A stretch of DNA of 64,000 bases from Okamejei kenojei (GCA_035221665.1 CM069142.1:34658001-34722000), one strand, 5' to 3'; counted from the stretch's first letter, positions 24,221 through 36,964 are shown. Notes: a model not told the origin generated them from the letters alone. Numbers and translations are program-made.

Positions 24221-26319
24221 GCTCCTTGATCGTTCCAACTAAAGCTTTATGCTTCCCTTTCCAACAGACTAAATCCACCCTTGATATATTCCTTCATCTT
24301 TGATTTCTCTCTTGCCATTTCTTCTAATAGCTAGTACCTGACTGACTGAGAGTTTCTTATATTTTCTGTTTGAAATTGATGAGATTTTTTTAAAAATAAA
24401 CCTGAATTAATTTAAATTATATTTTCACATCTAACAAATTATTTAGATATCCATTAATATTACATGTTTAATTTACATGCACTTCATCATCCTACCCAAG
24501 ATCAGATTGCTTGATATTTAACTGAGGAAATTGATAGCTGGTAAGTTTTGCTTTAGTTTGAGACGCAGCATGGCAACAGGCCATTCAGCCCACCGGGTCC
24601 ATGCTGACCATAGATCACCCGTTCAAACTAGTTCTAGATTCTCCCATTTTCTCATTCACTTCCCTACACACTAGGAGCAATTTTACAACAGTCAATTAGC
24701 CTTTTGTAGGTTAATTATCTTCTGCGAATTGCCCTTAACGTGAATGAAGTGGATGCAAAAGTGGGATAGGATAGAACGGGTGCGTGAGCGGGTGATTGAT
24801 GGTTGGCATGGATTTGGTGATCAAAAACTACAACCCGCTAAACCTGCACGTCTTTGGGGTGTGGGAGGAAACCGGAGCACCAGTCACAGGGAGAACGTGC
24901 AAACTCCACACATGGACAGCACCCGAGGTTAGGATCAAACCCGGGTCTCTGGTGCTGTGAGGCAGCAGCTCTACCGCACAGTGGAACGGTACTGAGAATA
25001 CAAATTTGTATCTGACCCTCGAGCATTTTGTGTCTATCTTTGGTATAAATCAGCAACTGCAGTCCCTTGTTATTACATTTTGATTCATTTTTTTTGTGCT
25101 GTTTCTCTCCGGTTCTGTAGCATTATCTTATATTGGCCTTAACCTTACAAATTGCTGCTGTTTCTGGTATATATTGTTTGTTGACTGTTTTTTGAATTGA
25201 CCCCTGAAGATTCCACAGAAGCGCGGTTAGGCTGAATACTAATGGAGTTTGAGCTTTGGTGGGAAGTTAACTTTACATCATCTTCCGAAAAGGATGTTAA
25301 GAAACATTGCTTTTCACTTTTTTTTCCAATTGGTAGAGTTAAATATTGTTGTTTTCTGTGTTTTATAGTGTCGAGATTATTTATGACTATGTTGCCAGGA
25401 CTTGAGGGTCTGAGCTGCAGGGAGAGGTTGGGCAGACCAGGATTCTGTTCCTTGGAGCACAGGAGGATGCGGAGTGATCTTCCAGAAGTGTATAAAATCA
25501 TGAGAGGAATAGATAGGGTGAATGCCTAGAGTCTTATACACAGGGTCGGGGAAATAAACAACCAGAAGTAGGTTTAAGGTGAGAGGGGAAAGATTTAATA
25601 GGAACCTGAGAGGCAACCTTTTCACACAGAGGGTGGTGGGTATATGGAAAGAGCTGCCAGAAGGTTCCTTCAGCACTGTGTTTTGTTCAAGGTTCCAGCA
25701 CCTGCAATTCCTTGCGTGTCTCTATATGTCCACACGTGGGCATCACTGGGTTCCTGCCAATTCCGGTAAATAGCAGCAGACGCTCGAGTCCTGGCAACAT
25801 CCTCATAAAACATCTCCGCATTCTTTCCACCTTAGTCAATTCCACCGTATTTCTTTATCAATATGTATTGATAACGGGACAATCAAATGTATATGTGGTG
25901 CAGCTTTACAGGCCCACAAACACAATAACAGACACATAATGTACAATAATAGTAATACAATAAATGAATGATCAGTAAAACTGGGACATAGAGTCAGTGA
26001 GTCATAGCCATGGAGTCATACAGTGTGCAAACAGGCCCTTCGGCCCAACTTGCCCACACCTGCCAACATGTCCCATTTACACTAGTCCCACCTGCCTGTG
26101 TATGGTCCATATCCCTCTAAACCTGTCCTATCCATGTGCCTGTCTAACATTTCTTAAATCTTTAGATAGTTCCAGCCTCAATTACCTCCGCTGGCAGCTC
26201 GTTCCATACACCCACCACCTTTTGTGTGAAAAAGTTGCCACTCAGATTCCTATTAAATCTTTCCCCCTTCACTTTAAACCAATGTCCTCTGGATTCATCT
26301 ACTCTGGGCAAGAGACTAT

Positions 26320-26900
26320 GTAGCAATGTTACAAAATTTTGAGATTTTAAAAATCAAGTCTGCAATTTAACCCATCAGATAAAGCATAAAAAAAAGTTTA
26401 ATGTGATACCTAATTCACTTTCATATCTTCAGTATTAAAAACATTATGGCCATTTTCATATTCAGAAATTAGCATTGTGTTCCCTATTGCTTTTCCATTC
26501 TTAACACAAAAGCTGTGTTCAAGGACAGTCAAAAGCCCATAACTTTCTTAAAAATTAAGAGAACTGAATGAAATTTTCAGTTATTATAGATTGAAGCATT
26601 CTGAAACAAATATGAAACAATCTTACTTGGATGACCTGAAATTAAAACATATAATTAGTTAGTTACCTAATTGTAGCTAATTACAAAATTCAATTTCTAG
26701 ATCTAAACATATATCCATTTCTTAAGAAAAGGTTAACATTTTTAAAAAGCTTAAGTGTCCAAATTCACACAATAATTTACAATATAACATGATTTTTAAA
26801 TCTCATTGTCATGAATTTATAGGCCAATTTGAAGGAATTTAGTGTTTAATTCCCGTAATTTAATGGCCATTTAAATCATCTTGCGAGTGGGTTTTTGTGA
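26320..26900. mobile_element. AT-rich insertion, probable DNA transposon fragment (unclassified)
   Basis: Abrupt composition change between two CR1 3' fragments; no ORF; no TIR pair found. Confidence 0.35.
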
Positions 26901-27307
26901 CCGACCAAGATGTCCCATCTACACCAGTCCCACCTGCCCGCACTTGGTCCGTATCACTCTAAACCTGTCCTATCCATGTCTAATTGTTTCTTAAACAGTG
27001 CGATAGTACACGGCTCAATTACCTCCTCAGGCAGCTCGTTCAATCACCCACCACCCTTTGTGTGAAAAAGTTACCCTTCAGGTTCTTCAGGTACACTCCC
27101 CTCCCCTCACCTGTATTCACCTATTACCTGCCAGGGGTTGCCCTGCCCTTCCTCCCCCCCCCCCTCCCCACACAATCATGCTGAAGAAGGGTCTTGATGC
27201 GAAACATCACCTATCCATGTTCTCCAGAGATGCTGCCTGACCCGCTGAGTTACTCCAGCACTCTGTGAAACGTCACCTATCCAAGTTCCATGATGAAAGA
27301 ATGGGTC

Positions 27308-27735
27308 GACTGGGCTTGTCTTCACTGAAATTTAGGATGAGAGGGGATCTTATTGTAGACACATAAAATTCTTAAAAGATTGGACAGGCTAGATGCAGGA
27401 AAAATATTCCCAATGTTGGGGGAGTTAAGAACCAGGGGTCGCAGTTTAAGAATACGGGGTTGGCCATTTAGGACTGAGATGAGGAAAAACCTTTTCACCC
27501 AGAGAGTTGTAAATCCGTGGAATTCTCTGCCACAGAAGGCAGTGGAGGCCAATTCACCAGATGTTTTCAAGAGAGAGTTAGATTTAGCTCTTAGGCCTAA
27601 AGGGATCAAGGGATAAAGGGAAAAAGCAGGAACAGGGTACTGATTTTAGATGATCAGCCTTGATCATATTGAATGGCGGTGCTGACTCAAAGGGCCGAAT
27701 GGCCTACTCCTGCACCTATTTTTCTATGTTTCTAA
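27308..27735 (+). mobile_element. CR1 3' fragment
   Basis: DRLDAGKIFP..RTRGRSLRI..FTQRVVN; CTATGTTTCTA tail. Confidence 0.85.
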
Positions 27736-28204
27736 GAGGTTGCTGAGCCAGGTACAATTTTCAAGTCTACTTATTGAAATGTTAAAAAGACATTTGGACA
27801 TGTACATGGATACCACCCTGATTATGCATCAACATGGCAAAATATATGGAGACAAATCTGCAGTTTCCTAATTGATCTTCCACAACTTTGTTGTTTAATA
27901 TAATTGGAAGGAGAAAACCGAGTTTTGCAGGTTAATTTCTCTTGATTTCCTACAAATCTTTAGCAAAATTTGCCCCTTGCCTCATTTACTGACAGCATTA
28001 TGGAGCTCCAATCATCATAAAGACCTTAGACCTTTCTGGCTACTGAAAATTAAAATTAATTTAATTAAAAGTCCAATTTCGGCCTTTAATTGCCTCATTT
28101 GCTTTTGGACTCGAGTGTCTGTCAGTTGTACATTTATTTACAAGAAGTTAATATTTTTACAAGAGCAAGCATAAATCAGAACAGTTTACAAACAGTTTTA
28201 CAAA

Positions 28205-28333
28205 TCAGTCCGAAGAAGGGTCTCGACCCGAAACGTCACCTATTCCTTCTCTCCATAGATGCTGCCTCACCCGCTGAGATCCTCCAGCATTTTTGTCTAC
28301 CTTCGATTTTTCCAGCATCTGCAGTTCTTTCTT
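28205..28333 (+). mobile_element. Short Penelope-derived unit with the best-preserved hammerhead-like stem II/GAAACGTC
   Basis: TCAGTCCGAAGAAGGGTCTCGACCCGAAACGTCACC..GATGCTGCC..CCAGCA, flanked by an AAACAGTTTT direct repeat. Confidence 0.75.
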
Positions 28334-29506
28334 AAACAGTTTTCAAACCAATGTCAGAGGACAGATTATACACTGGGACGGGAGAGCGAGAAGGCGCAGT
28401 GATGCAGCATGTAGAGCCACTGCCTCGGCACCAGGGACCCAGGTTTGATCCTAACCTTGGGTGCTGTCTGTACGGAGTTTGCACATTGTCACATTTGCAC
28501 TTTGTATCACTTTTGTAAACCAACAACTGCAGTTCCATGTTTCTACAGTTTGTCCCCATCCTCCCCCCCCCCCCCCCCCCAATACAATCAGTCCGAAAAA
28601 GGGTTTTGACCTAAAACATCACCTATCCATGTTCTCCATACATGCTGCCGGATCCACTATGTTACATCAGCACTTTGTGTCATTTTCTTGTAAGCCAGCA
28701 TCTGCAGTTCCTTGTTTCTGCAGATAATCGGGTTGTTTTGATGCATCTCTGAATGCTGTATCTGACTTTATCATTTTGTGTATAAACAAGATGTGTCAAA
28801 TCTCGAGAACAGCTCACTCTAAATCAAAGGACCTGATTGTAATGAGTCCAATCTACACTGATAAATGCCAATTCAACACGAGGCAGCTCTTCTGAGTTTG
28901 TAGAGGCAGAGTCATATCGCTCTAAACCTGTCCTATCCTGTCTAAACGTTTCTTAAACATTGCAATAGTACCAGCCTCAACTACCACTGGCAGCTCGTAC
29001 CATACGCCCACCACCCTTGGTGTAAAAAAAGTTACCCTCAGGTTCCTATTAAATCTCCCCCCCTTTACCTTAAACCTATGTCCTTTGGTTCTAGATTTCC
29101 CTACTCTGGGAAAGAGACTCTGTGCGTTTACCCAATCTATTCTCTCATGATTTTATACACCTCTATAAGATCATCCCTTATCCTCCTGCGCTCCAAGGAA
29201 TAGAACCCTAGCCTGCTCTACCACTCCCTCTCGGGCCCTCGAGTTCTAACAACATCTTTCCAATTAGAATGGTGGCTGTACAAGATGAATTTGTAATGTT
29301 GTTAAAACCTTAGCGATGTGTTAGAGGCCACGATCTACTGTCAAGATGAAAGCGAGACTCTGAGCATTCACTGCTTCTGTCGCAGAAATGGTACAAACCC
29401 TTCAGGCAAGATTTATGTGTGAGCATCCAGAGGTTGATATCTGAGCAGCGCTGCTCTATGTTTAGTTTCATGGGGAGTGCATCTTGCTGACTGGCTAATT
29501 GTGGAT

Positions 29507-30270
29507 ATGCACTGAGTGGCGATGGCAGCCTCGCCAACGGTCTGCCTGTCTTCGTCTTCTTTGTTATTTTTTAGTGTGGTTTAAAAGTGTGTGTTAACAT
29601 TCTCTGGTTTGTTTTATGTGAAGGGGGTGGGGGGGGGGGGGGGGAAATTTTTTTCAATCTCTCACCTTGCCGGAGATGCGATTGTTTTCCGGACCGTATC
29701 TCTGGTCGCTCTGCGGCCTGACGTCATGGAGCTGGCGGCCTTGCTCGAGACTGACTTTGAGCCCCACCGCAGGGCCGTGAAGTTATCATCGGAGCGTGCG
29801 ATCCCTCGCCTGGGATCGACGCTCCAACCACGGCCTGCGGATTTCAACATCGAGGAGCTCGCAGTCTCGGGTAGAGACCATGTCGGGAAGCTCTAAAGTC
29901 GTAGGAAGTTCGACTAGCCCCGACCCGGGGTCCGATTGCCCGGCACGGGGGAGCTAAGATCCCCCCCCCCACCGATGCGAGAGCCTGATCGCCCCAACGT
30001 GGATTGCTCGACCGCCGGCTGCGGGAGCCAAGATCGCCCCGACAACGGAAGGTTCAAGTGCCCCGACCGCGGGAGAACAAAGAAGGGAAGAAGATTTAAC
30101 TTTTTTTGCCCTCCATCACAGTGAAGAGTGTGGGGGAGTCGCTGTGGTGGATGTTCATGTTAGATATGTGTTTGGGTGTATTGTTACTCTTTATTGGTAT
30201 GACTATGAGAAATCAAATTTCTCGTATGTTGCAAAACATACATGACTAATACTGTTCTTATGATTATGAT
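29507..30270 (+). mobile_element. GC/CpG-rich non-coding retroposon, longest copy
   Basis: Shares its 3' ~200 bp (CCATCACAGTGA..GTGGTGGATGTT..CGTATGTTGCAAAACATAC) with 30660-31050 and 37827-38200. Confidence 0.7.
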
Positions 30271-30659
30271 GAAAGCTGTGCAGGTCGAGAGTGTTTAATT
30301 GTTGTATTCACTGAAAAGAGATCAATGAAACTCGTACTTACTGGAGCTTTACAGGCCTGTATATGCAATCGCACACAGATAAATATAAAACAATCGATAA
30401 TGTAACAGATTATTAACATGGATAGGTGACGTTTTGGAATCGAAGAAGGGTGCCACAGTGGCGCAGCAGTAGAATTGCTGCCTTACAACACCAGAGACCT
30501 GGGTTCGATCCTGACTACGGGTGCTATCTGTACAGAGTTTGTACATTCTCCCTGTGTCCGCATGGGTTATCTCCGGGTGCTCCAGTTTCCTCCCACATTC
30601 GAAAGATGTACAGATTTGTATGTCAATTGGCTTCAATAAAAATTGTAAATTGTCCCTAA

Positions 30660-31050
30660 ATCATAATCATACTTTATTAACCAAGTATGTTTTGCAACGT
30701 ACAAGGAAGTTGATTTGCCGTACAGCCATACCAATAAAAATCAGCAAGACATACAAAATACATTTTAACATAAACATCCACCACAGTGACTCCTCCACAC
30801 TTCTCACTGTGATGATGGAAGGCGAAAAAAAAGTTAAATCTCTCCCTTCTTGTGGTCGGGGGCCTCGGGCCTTCTGTCGTCAGGGCGATCTTGGCTCCCG
30901 TAGTCGGCGGTCGAGCCTTCTGCATTGGGGCGATCACGCTTCCGCATCGGGGGGATCTCAGGTCCCCCACGCCGGGCGATCGGACCGCGGGTCGGGACAA
31001 GTCGAACCTCTTAAGACTTTGGAGCTTCCCGACATCAGTCTCTACCCGAG
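30660..31050 (-). mobile_element. GC-rich retroposon, 5'-truncated copy
   Basis: Reverse complement of the same 3' end, with AATAAAG(TATGAT)n tail. Confidence 0.7.
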
Positions 31051-34000
31051 ACTGTTAAATTGTAAATTATTAAAGCAGAGATTGACAGATTCTTGATTAA
31101 TAAGAGTGTCAAAGGTTACAGGGTGAAGGCAGGAGGATGGGTTTGAGAGATAGATCACCCATCATTGAAGGCAGAGTAGACTTGATGGGCCGAATGGCCT
31201 AATCCTGCTCCTGTGACTTATGAACTTACTCCAGCACTTTATGTATTAGCCAGTATCTACAGATCTTTATTTCTAAATTATTAACAGTATCACTAGGCAA
31301 CAAAAGCTTTTCACTGTACCTTGGTGTACGAGACAATACACTAAACTTATAATTCAAAAGCCGAAGTCCAGGGCACATTTCTTTACACAGAGGGTGGTGA
31401 GTGCCTGGTACGCACTGCCAAGGATGGTTATGGCTATCTAGAAGCCTTTTAAAGACCACTAACGTATCTGCTTCAACCATCATCCCTGGTTTTCTCCTAC
31501 ATCCCACAGACACAGACATTAATTGGGCCTCTGTAAATTGCCCCTAGTGTGTAGGGAGTGGATGAAAGGAAGCAGAATAACATAGAATTAGTGTGAGCGG
31601 GTTGTCAATTGGCAGCAAGGACTCGTTTGGCCTAAGTGCCTGCTTCTATGTTGTATTTTGCAATCAATCAATCCTGAATTGCAAAGGAAAGTCTTGAGTG
31701 GGCCAGTCTTCTCCCACCCCTACAATCAGTCAAAAGAAGGTCCTGACTCGAACCGTCACTTATCCATGTTGTCCAGAGATGCTGCCTGACTATCTGAGTT
31801 ACACCAGCACTTTATGTTTTTTTTTTGACTGGGCCAAAGATAGACACAAAGTGCTGGAGTAACTCAGCAGGTCAGGCAGCATCTCTGGAGAAAAGGAATA
31901 GGGGATGTTTAGGGTTGGGACCCTTCTTCCGACTAAAAGATTGAGGTGGAGGGAGGCGGACTGGAGGCGAGAAAAGGCCAGAAACAGAGCCGGCTACACA
32001 TGACCTCAGGAAGGGTGGAGTCCATAATGGCCCATTTTTGGCTGGGGAAGATGTGCGGTCTACAAGGGTGCGAACAGTGGAATTTGTAGACTGGTTTGTC
32101 AAAAAATAATCAGAAATTGGTGCGAATGAAAATTTGACTGAAACGCTGAACCAATCATTCTGAATAGATAAATCACCTAGATTTTGGACTACTACAAATT
32201 GTAGCAACCGTCAAAAACAAATAATAACCCTTTAATCAAAATGTTGGATTGTTTACTGGCCCTCATTAAGTCAAACTAGAAAGATGCATAGTCTCAGAAG
32301 TAGAAGCTGTAGTTTGGGTAATAACTCTCCTGCTTTTGTGTGTACTAATGAAACTATCGGCCAGATTTAGCTTCTGGGGAAAGTGATTATGCAAATTGTG
32401 TTGTCTTTCGTAATAAAGCAGCAAGCCTCTCAACGCCTTCATTAGCAAGGTTCCAAGAAGCTGAAGGAAGTAGCATAATATCCATCTACTCCCAGGCAAA
32501 GAGTACCAATTATTGTTCACTATCACTAACTACGTGTGATCAGTCGAGAATTTAGACGTTAAAGCTTTTCCAAAATGAAGCCATTTCTTTTCTCCTTAAA
32601 TGTGCTTTCAGTTTCTCACATGGCAACCCGCCCTTATCAACCTAAATCACCTCCAATTCACTTAAACTTTAGAGACACAGCATGGAAACAGGCCCTTCGG
32701 TTCCAAACTGACCAGCAATCACCCTACATGATCCATTATGCATTATAGCGTCACCTATCCATGTTCTCCAGAGATGCTGCCTGACCTGCTGAGCTACTGC
32801 TGCACTTTGTGTCCATATTTAATCTATTCTGCTCTAAATCTTTCCATGAAGGTATGAAAGTAATTATCTAATAAATAACCATATTGTTACATTGCAATAT
32901 AATGTAATCATATTGACTTGTCCATAATGCCAGCAGCAATTTCTACTTCAGAATTTGAATGCTTTCATTTAATGTCTTTGCCCAGCTCGGTTTGCCAAAA
33001 AAAAAACCTTATTTCATGCCTGTGCTATTATTGTTATATTAATCGGCTGTATTTCCACAAACTAACAGGGAGTTATAATTGGGATTACAGATTAGCCTAT
33101 TAATAGCTAAATCTCAAAGATCACAAATCTTTTCACTGTTCCGATAATTAAGGACTGCTCAGGATTGTACTTGGATCTAAATGCTGGGGAGTTATTGCTG
33201 AGATTATCCTTAAAATTATCCTTAAAAATTCGATGCATATAATTTGCAGAGTTGATGCACAATTGCGATTAGAACAAAATATTAAAGGCCCGGCAAATTA
33301 AAGAAGCATCTAGTGTAATTGTGAATTTAAAGCACTTTATTCAAAACAGCATTTAAGAAAATTAAAGTTTTGTTTGGTTTAGAGATACAGCATGGAAACA
33401 GGCCTTTAAAGTTAAGTCCACACCGAGCATCTAGAACCCATTCACACGAGTTCTATGTTATCCCACTTTCGCAAGTCTTTGGGATCTGTGAGGAAACCAG
33501 AACACCCAGAGGAAACCCACATGGTCGCAGGGAGAACGTGCAAACTCCACACAGCAGCACCCGGGGTCAGGATCGATCTTCGGTCTCTGGCACCGTGAGG
33601 CAGCGTCGTTACCTCGTTGGTAGGGAAACTAACAAGAAGGAGTTCCAGTTCTGGTGAAAAGACACAAAGTGCTGGAATAACTCAGCGGGTCAGGCAGCAT
33701 CCTTGGAGAACATGGACTTTTCAGGTCGGGACCATTAGATGGGTCGTGACCCAAAAGATGACCTATCCATGTTCTCCAGGGAAGTTGCCTGACCCGCTGA
33801 GTTATTCTAGCATTTTGTGTCTTTCCTTGATAAACCAGCATCTGTAGTTTCTCGTTTCTGCATATTAAAGTAGTTAGTTGTGGTAGAAGGAATGCTGCAC
33901 AGTATTTGCATAATTCTGTCAATGACTGTCTATGTGTTTTTCACCTGTGACTGCCTGTCTGGCAATCTTTCCATCTTCATCCTTGTGTACGTGACAGCCT

Positions 34001-34683
34001 GTGTGGTTATATCTTTGTTACCATTCGTGTTTTATGTGTTGTTTGAGTTCTTCTTCGTATGTGGAGCAAGTTATATGTGCAGCTAGTTATTCTGTGGCTC
34101 AGAAATACTTTTAATAAACAAATGGAGATTATATCTATTGTTCTCCGTCCTTTCTTTACACACCCCGCAAGTTTCTGTAGCGTATGGCGATCAAAGCACA
34201 GATGTGCCACTCTCTAACTTCCTTCTTTGTCCTCTCCACCTCGTTCTTTCGTAAATGTACCCAAATGTATTCACCCTGATGAAATACTCACTTTTGTTTA
34301 TGAAATGAGCCATAAAATTAAACATTATATGTGGAGAATGCATTGTAAATTGGGTAGACATCTTCGAGTGTTGATCTGCATTTGAGACATTCTTTAAAGG
34401 CGTACTTGCAGAAATTACAAGTCGAAGGTTGTCGTGAGAGGATTAAAGGTATTGTTTAATAAAAAATTAAAACTTGATCCTCATTCCAAATAATTTGTGG
34501 TTAGACAGCAGATCTGTGATAAAGGCACAGGCTAGATGAACAGCATGAACCTTTGTTACATAAACATCAGGGTAGCACAGTAACACGTTATCCATTTATA
34601 CATGCCTGCTCCGTTGGCTTCTATTAATCAATGTGTATAGCAGATGCATTGTGTGGCTTCAAAATCCCCTGAGTGCCACATAG

Positions 34684-34685
<2 letters not shown>

Positions 34686-34727
<42 letters not shown>
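34686..34727. repeat. (CT)n microsatellite
   Basis: About 21 CT units. Confidence 0.95.
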
Positions 34728-34732
<5 letters not shown>

Positions 34733-35173
34733 CATTTGTCTGAGAACTGTCATCTGTGCAGTCCCTGGTTTTAATTGCAACGTGATGTACAACACTGTGG
34801 AATGTAGTCAGCACTCAGCTGGTTTGAAGTGGGCGACAACCCTGTGGCATTATCAGTAATGTTCTTCCAAAAAACGTCAGATCAGCATCCACTCTCCACA
34901 AATGCTGCGCTTGGAGCGGCTATTTCTGGTTGCATTGTGAAATCTCTTTTAGAATGTCTGGTACCGGCTGAGGAGTCCCATGGTGTAGAGGGCCTGGAAG
35001 CCCACCAGCCCAGTAATTGTCTCTCTGTGACCTCCTGACATAAACTGTGTGGCACTGAGGGGTTGGCAGCGGGTTATTTGATCACTATATTTCAATGCGG
35101 ATTTTACACAAGATGTCACGTTATGCTGGCAAGACGTGCCCCTGTTTGAGTATCTGAAGGGACTGCTCCCCAA

Positions 35174-35463
35174 GTTTAGTTTAGTTTAGAGATACAGCGT
35201 GGAATCAGGCCCTTTGGCCCACCGAGGTTGCGCCGACTAATAATTATCCTGTACACCAGTCCTATCCTAAACACTAGGGACAGAATTTACAGAAGTCATT
35301 TAACCTAAAAAAATGCACATTTTTGGAATGTAGGAGGAAACCGGAGCACCCTAGAGAATCCATGCAGTCACACGAAGAACGTGCAAACTCCATACAGACA
35401 GCACTCGTAGTCAGGATCAAACCCGGTCTCTGGCGCTGTAAGGCAATAACTTTACCACTGCGC
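35174..35463 (-). mobile_element. V-SINE (HE1-like)
   Basis: Consensus on the minus strand. Confidence 0.85.
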
Positions 35464-35859
35464 AAGTGTCCGCCTCAGTACTGACTGCATTTTAGACCCC
35501 GCTCCTGATCTTTGGTCACTCAATACAGAGGGGGAAGAGTCCGTCAGTCGGCGAGGGTTGGGAAGCCCCTGTTGGTTGGCTCCTGGGCCTGGCCAACATG
35601 GCCATTGACGGGTCCGGGCAGTCGGGGTTCCTGCCCGAGTCGACTGCCTGCCCTTCTTCCCGGCCCATGCCTGTGCTCGCGTGTCCCTGGGGAAGGAACG
35701 CACGGTGTCCACGGTGCCTTCCGTGAAGGCTGGTTGCCGGGTGGGGGGGCGGGGGGGGGGGGGTCGAGTGGGTCGAGGATAAGGCTGATAATGGTGTGAT
35801 CATGGTTGAATGATTGATGTTCACAAACTGCTGGGGCAGTTTTGATATTTCCAGTTCTT

Positions 35860-35972
35860 CTTCTTCCTGCGTATGGCGTGCACAGCCTAAAGTTGTAGGT
35901 CAACTTGTTCTATTTGATCTTGTTTGTGGACGTCGGGTCGATCACATTGGTCGAAACAGGGTGCACCACCCC
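35860..35972 (-). mobile_element. Short (GAA)n-tailed retroposon (113 bp)
   Basis: TSD TTTCCAGTTCTT at 35848-35859 and 35973-35984. Confidence 0.85.
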
Positions 35973-36076
35973 TTTCCAGTTCTTGTGAGTGTGATTATTT
36001 TGAATAAAAGCTCCTTGTTCAGGAACAACAAAATGTTGTCAAGACTGGGTCCTAGCTGCCTATATTGGGAGACTAA

Positions 36077-36304
36077 AGGGCCCGTCCCAATTGGCGATTT
36101 ATTTTGGCGATTGCCGGCGTCATATCAGTGTCACCAAAAGATTTTGAACATTTCAAAATCCAGCGGCGACCAAAAAAAATGTTGCGACACTTGAAAAAAC
36201 GCCGCGCGTCAAAACGGCATCGCGCCGCAGATTGTTCGCTGACCTGATATGTCAGTCAATGATGCCGGTAGTCGCTGAAATAATCGCCAAGTGGGACAGG
36301 CCCT
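36077..36304. mobile_element. PIF/Harbinger-type MITE (228 bp)
   Basis: ~45-bp imperfect TIRs (AGGGCCCGTCCCAATTGGCGATT.. / ..AATCGCCAAGTGGGACAGGCCCT) flanked by TAA on both sides (36074-76, 36305-07). Confidence 0.85.
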
Positions 36305-36964
36305 TAAGAAGACCTGATGGAGCAAGAAAGCTGTGACCAGCGCCACAAAGAACCTTTGAGGAGCTGGAGAAATGTATGTGAAATCCAGACTTTGACACAC
36401 CACAAAAAGGCACAAAGTGCTGGAGTAGCTCAGTGGGTCAGGCAGCATCTCTGGACAACATGGATGTTTTCGGGTCAGGACCCTTCTTCAGACTGACCTC
36501 AATCTGACACTCATCTCCTATCCCCGAGTCCCACCTTCCCTTTTATTCCCCCCCCCCCATTCCTCCTCATCTCTCCTATCTGATGCCCTTTGGTCTCATT
36601 TTCATCTCTGGCCTTTGTCAGACTCCACCAATCTCCCAGTCCACCAATTTCCCCCCGGGTGCCCCTCGCCTGTATCCACCCGTCATTTCCCAGGCTTTGT
36701 CCAGCGCCATCTCTTCCAGCATTTCCCCCCTACTCCATCAACCTGATATAAAATGTAATCTGTCCATCCCCTCCATAGATGCTGCCTGACCCACTTGGTC
36801 CTGCCAGCATATGTTTTTTTTGCTCCAATTCTGAACTCCCGATCAGCCAAACACCTTCAGATCTTCTGCTAATCAAGCCAAACTCAAGTACAATAGATAG
36901 AGTAAAGGGGAAGATAGAGTGCTGAACATAGTTCTCAGCTTTGTAGCGCATCAGTTCCATAGAC

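Noticed and set aside
35452-35903. Overlapping Pro/Gly-rich ORFs as an exon
   Set aside because: Open in several frames only because of high GC; no convincing splice sites or homology.
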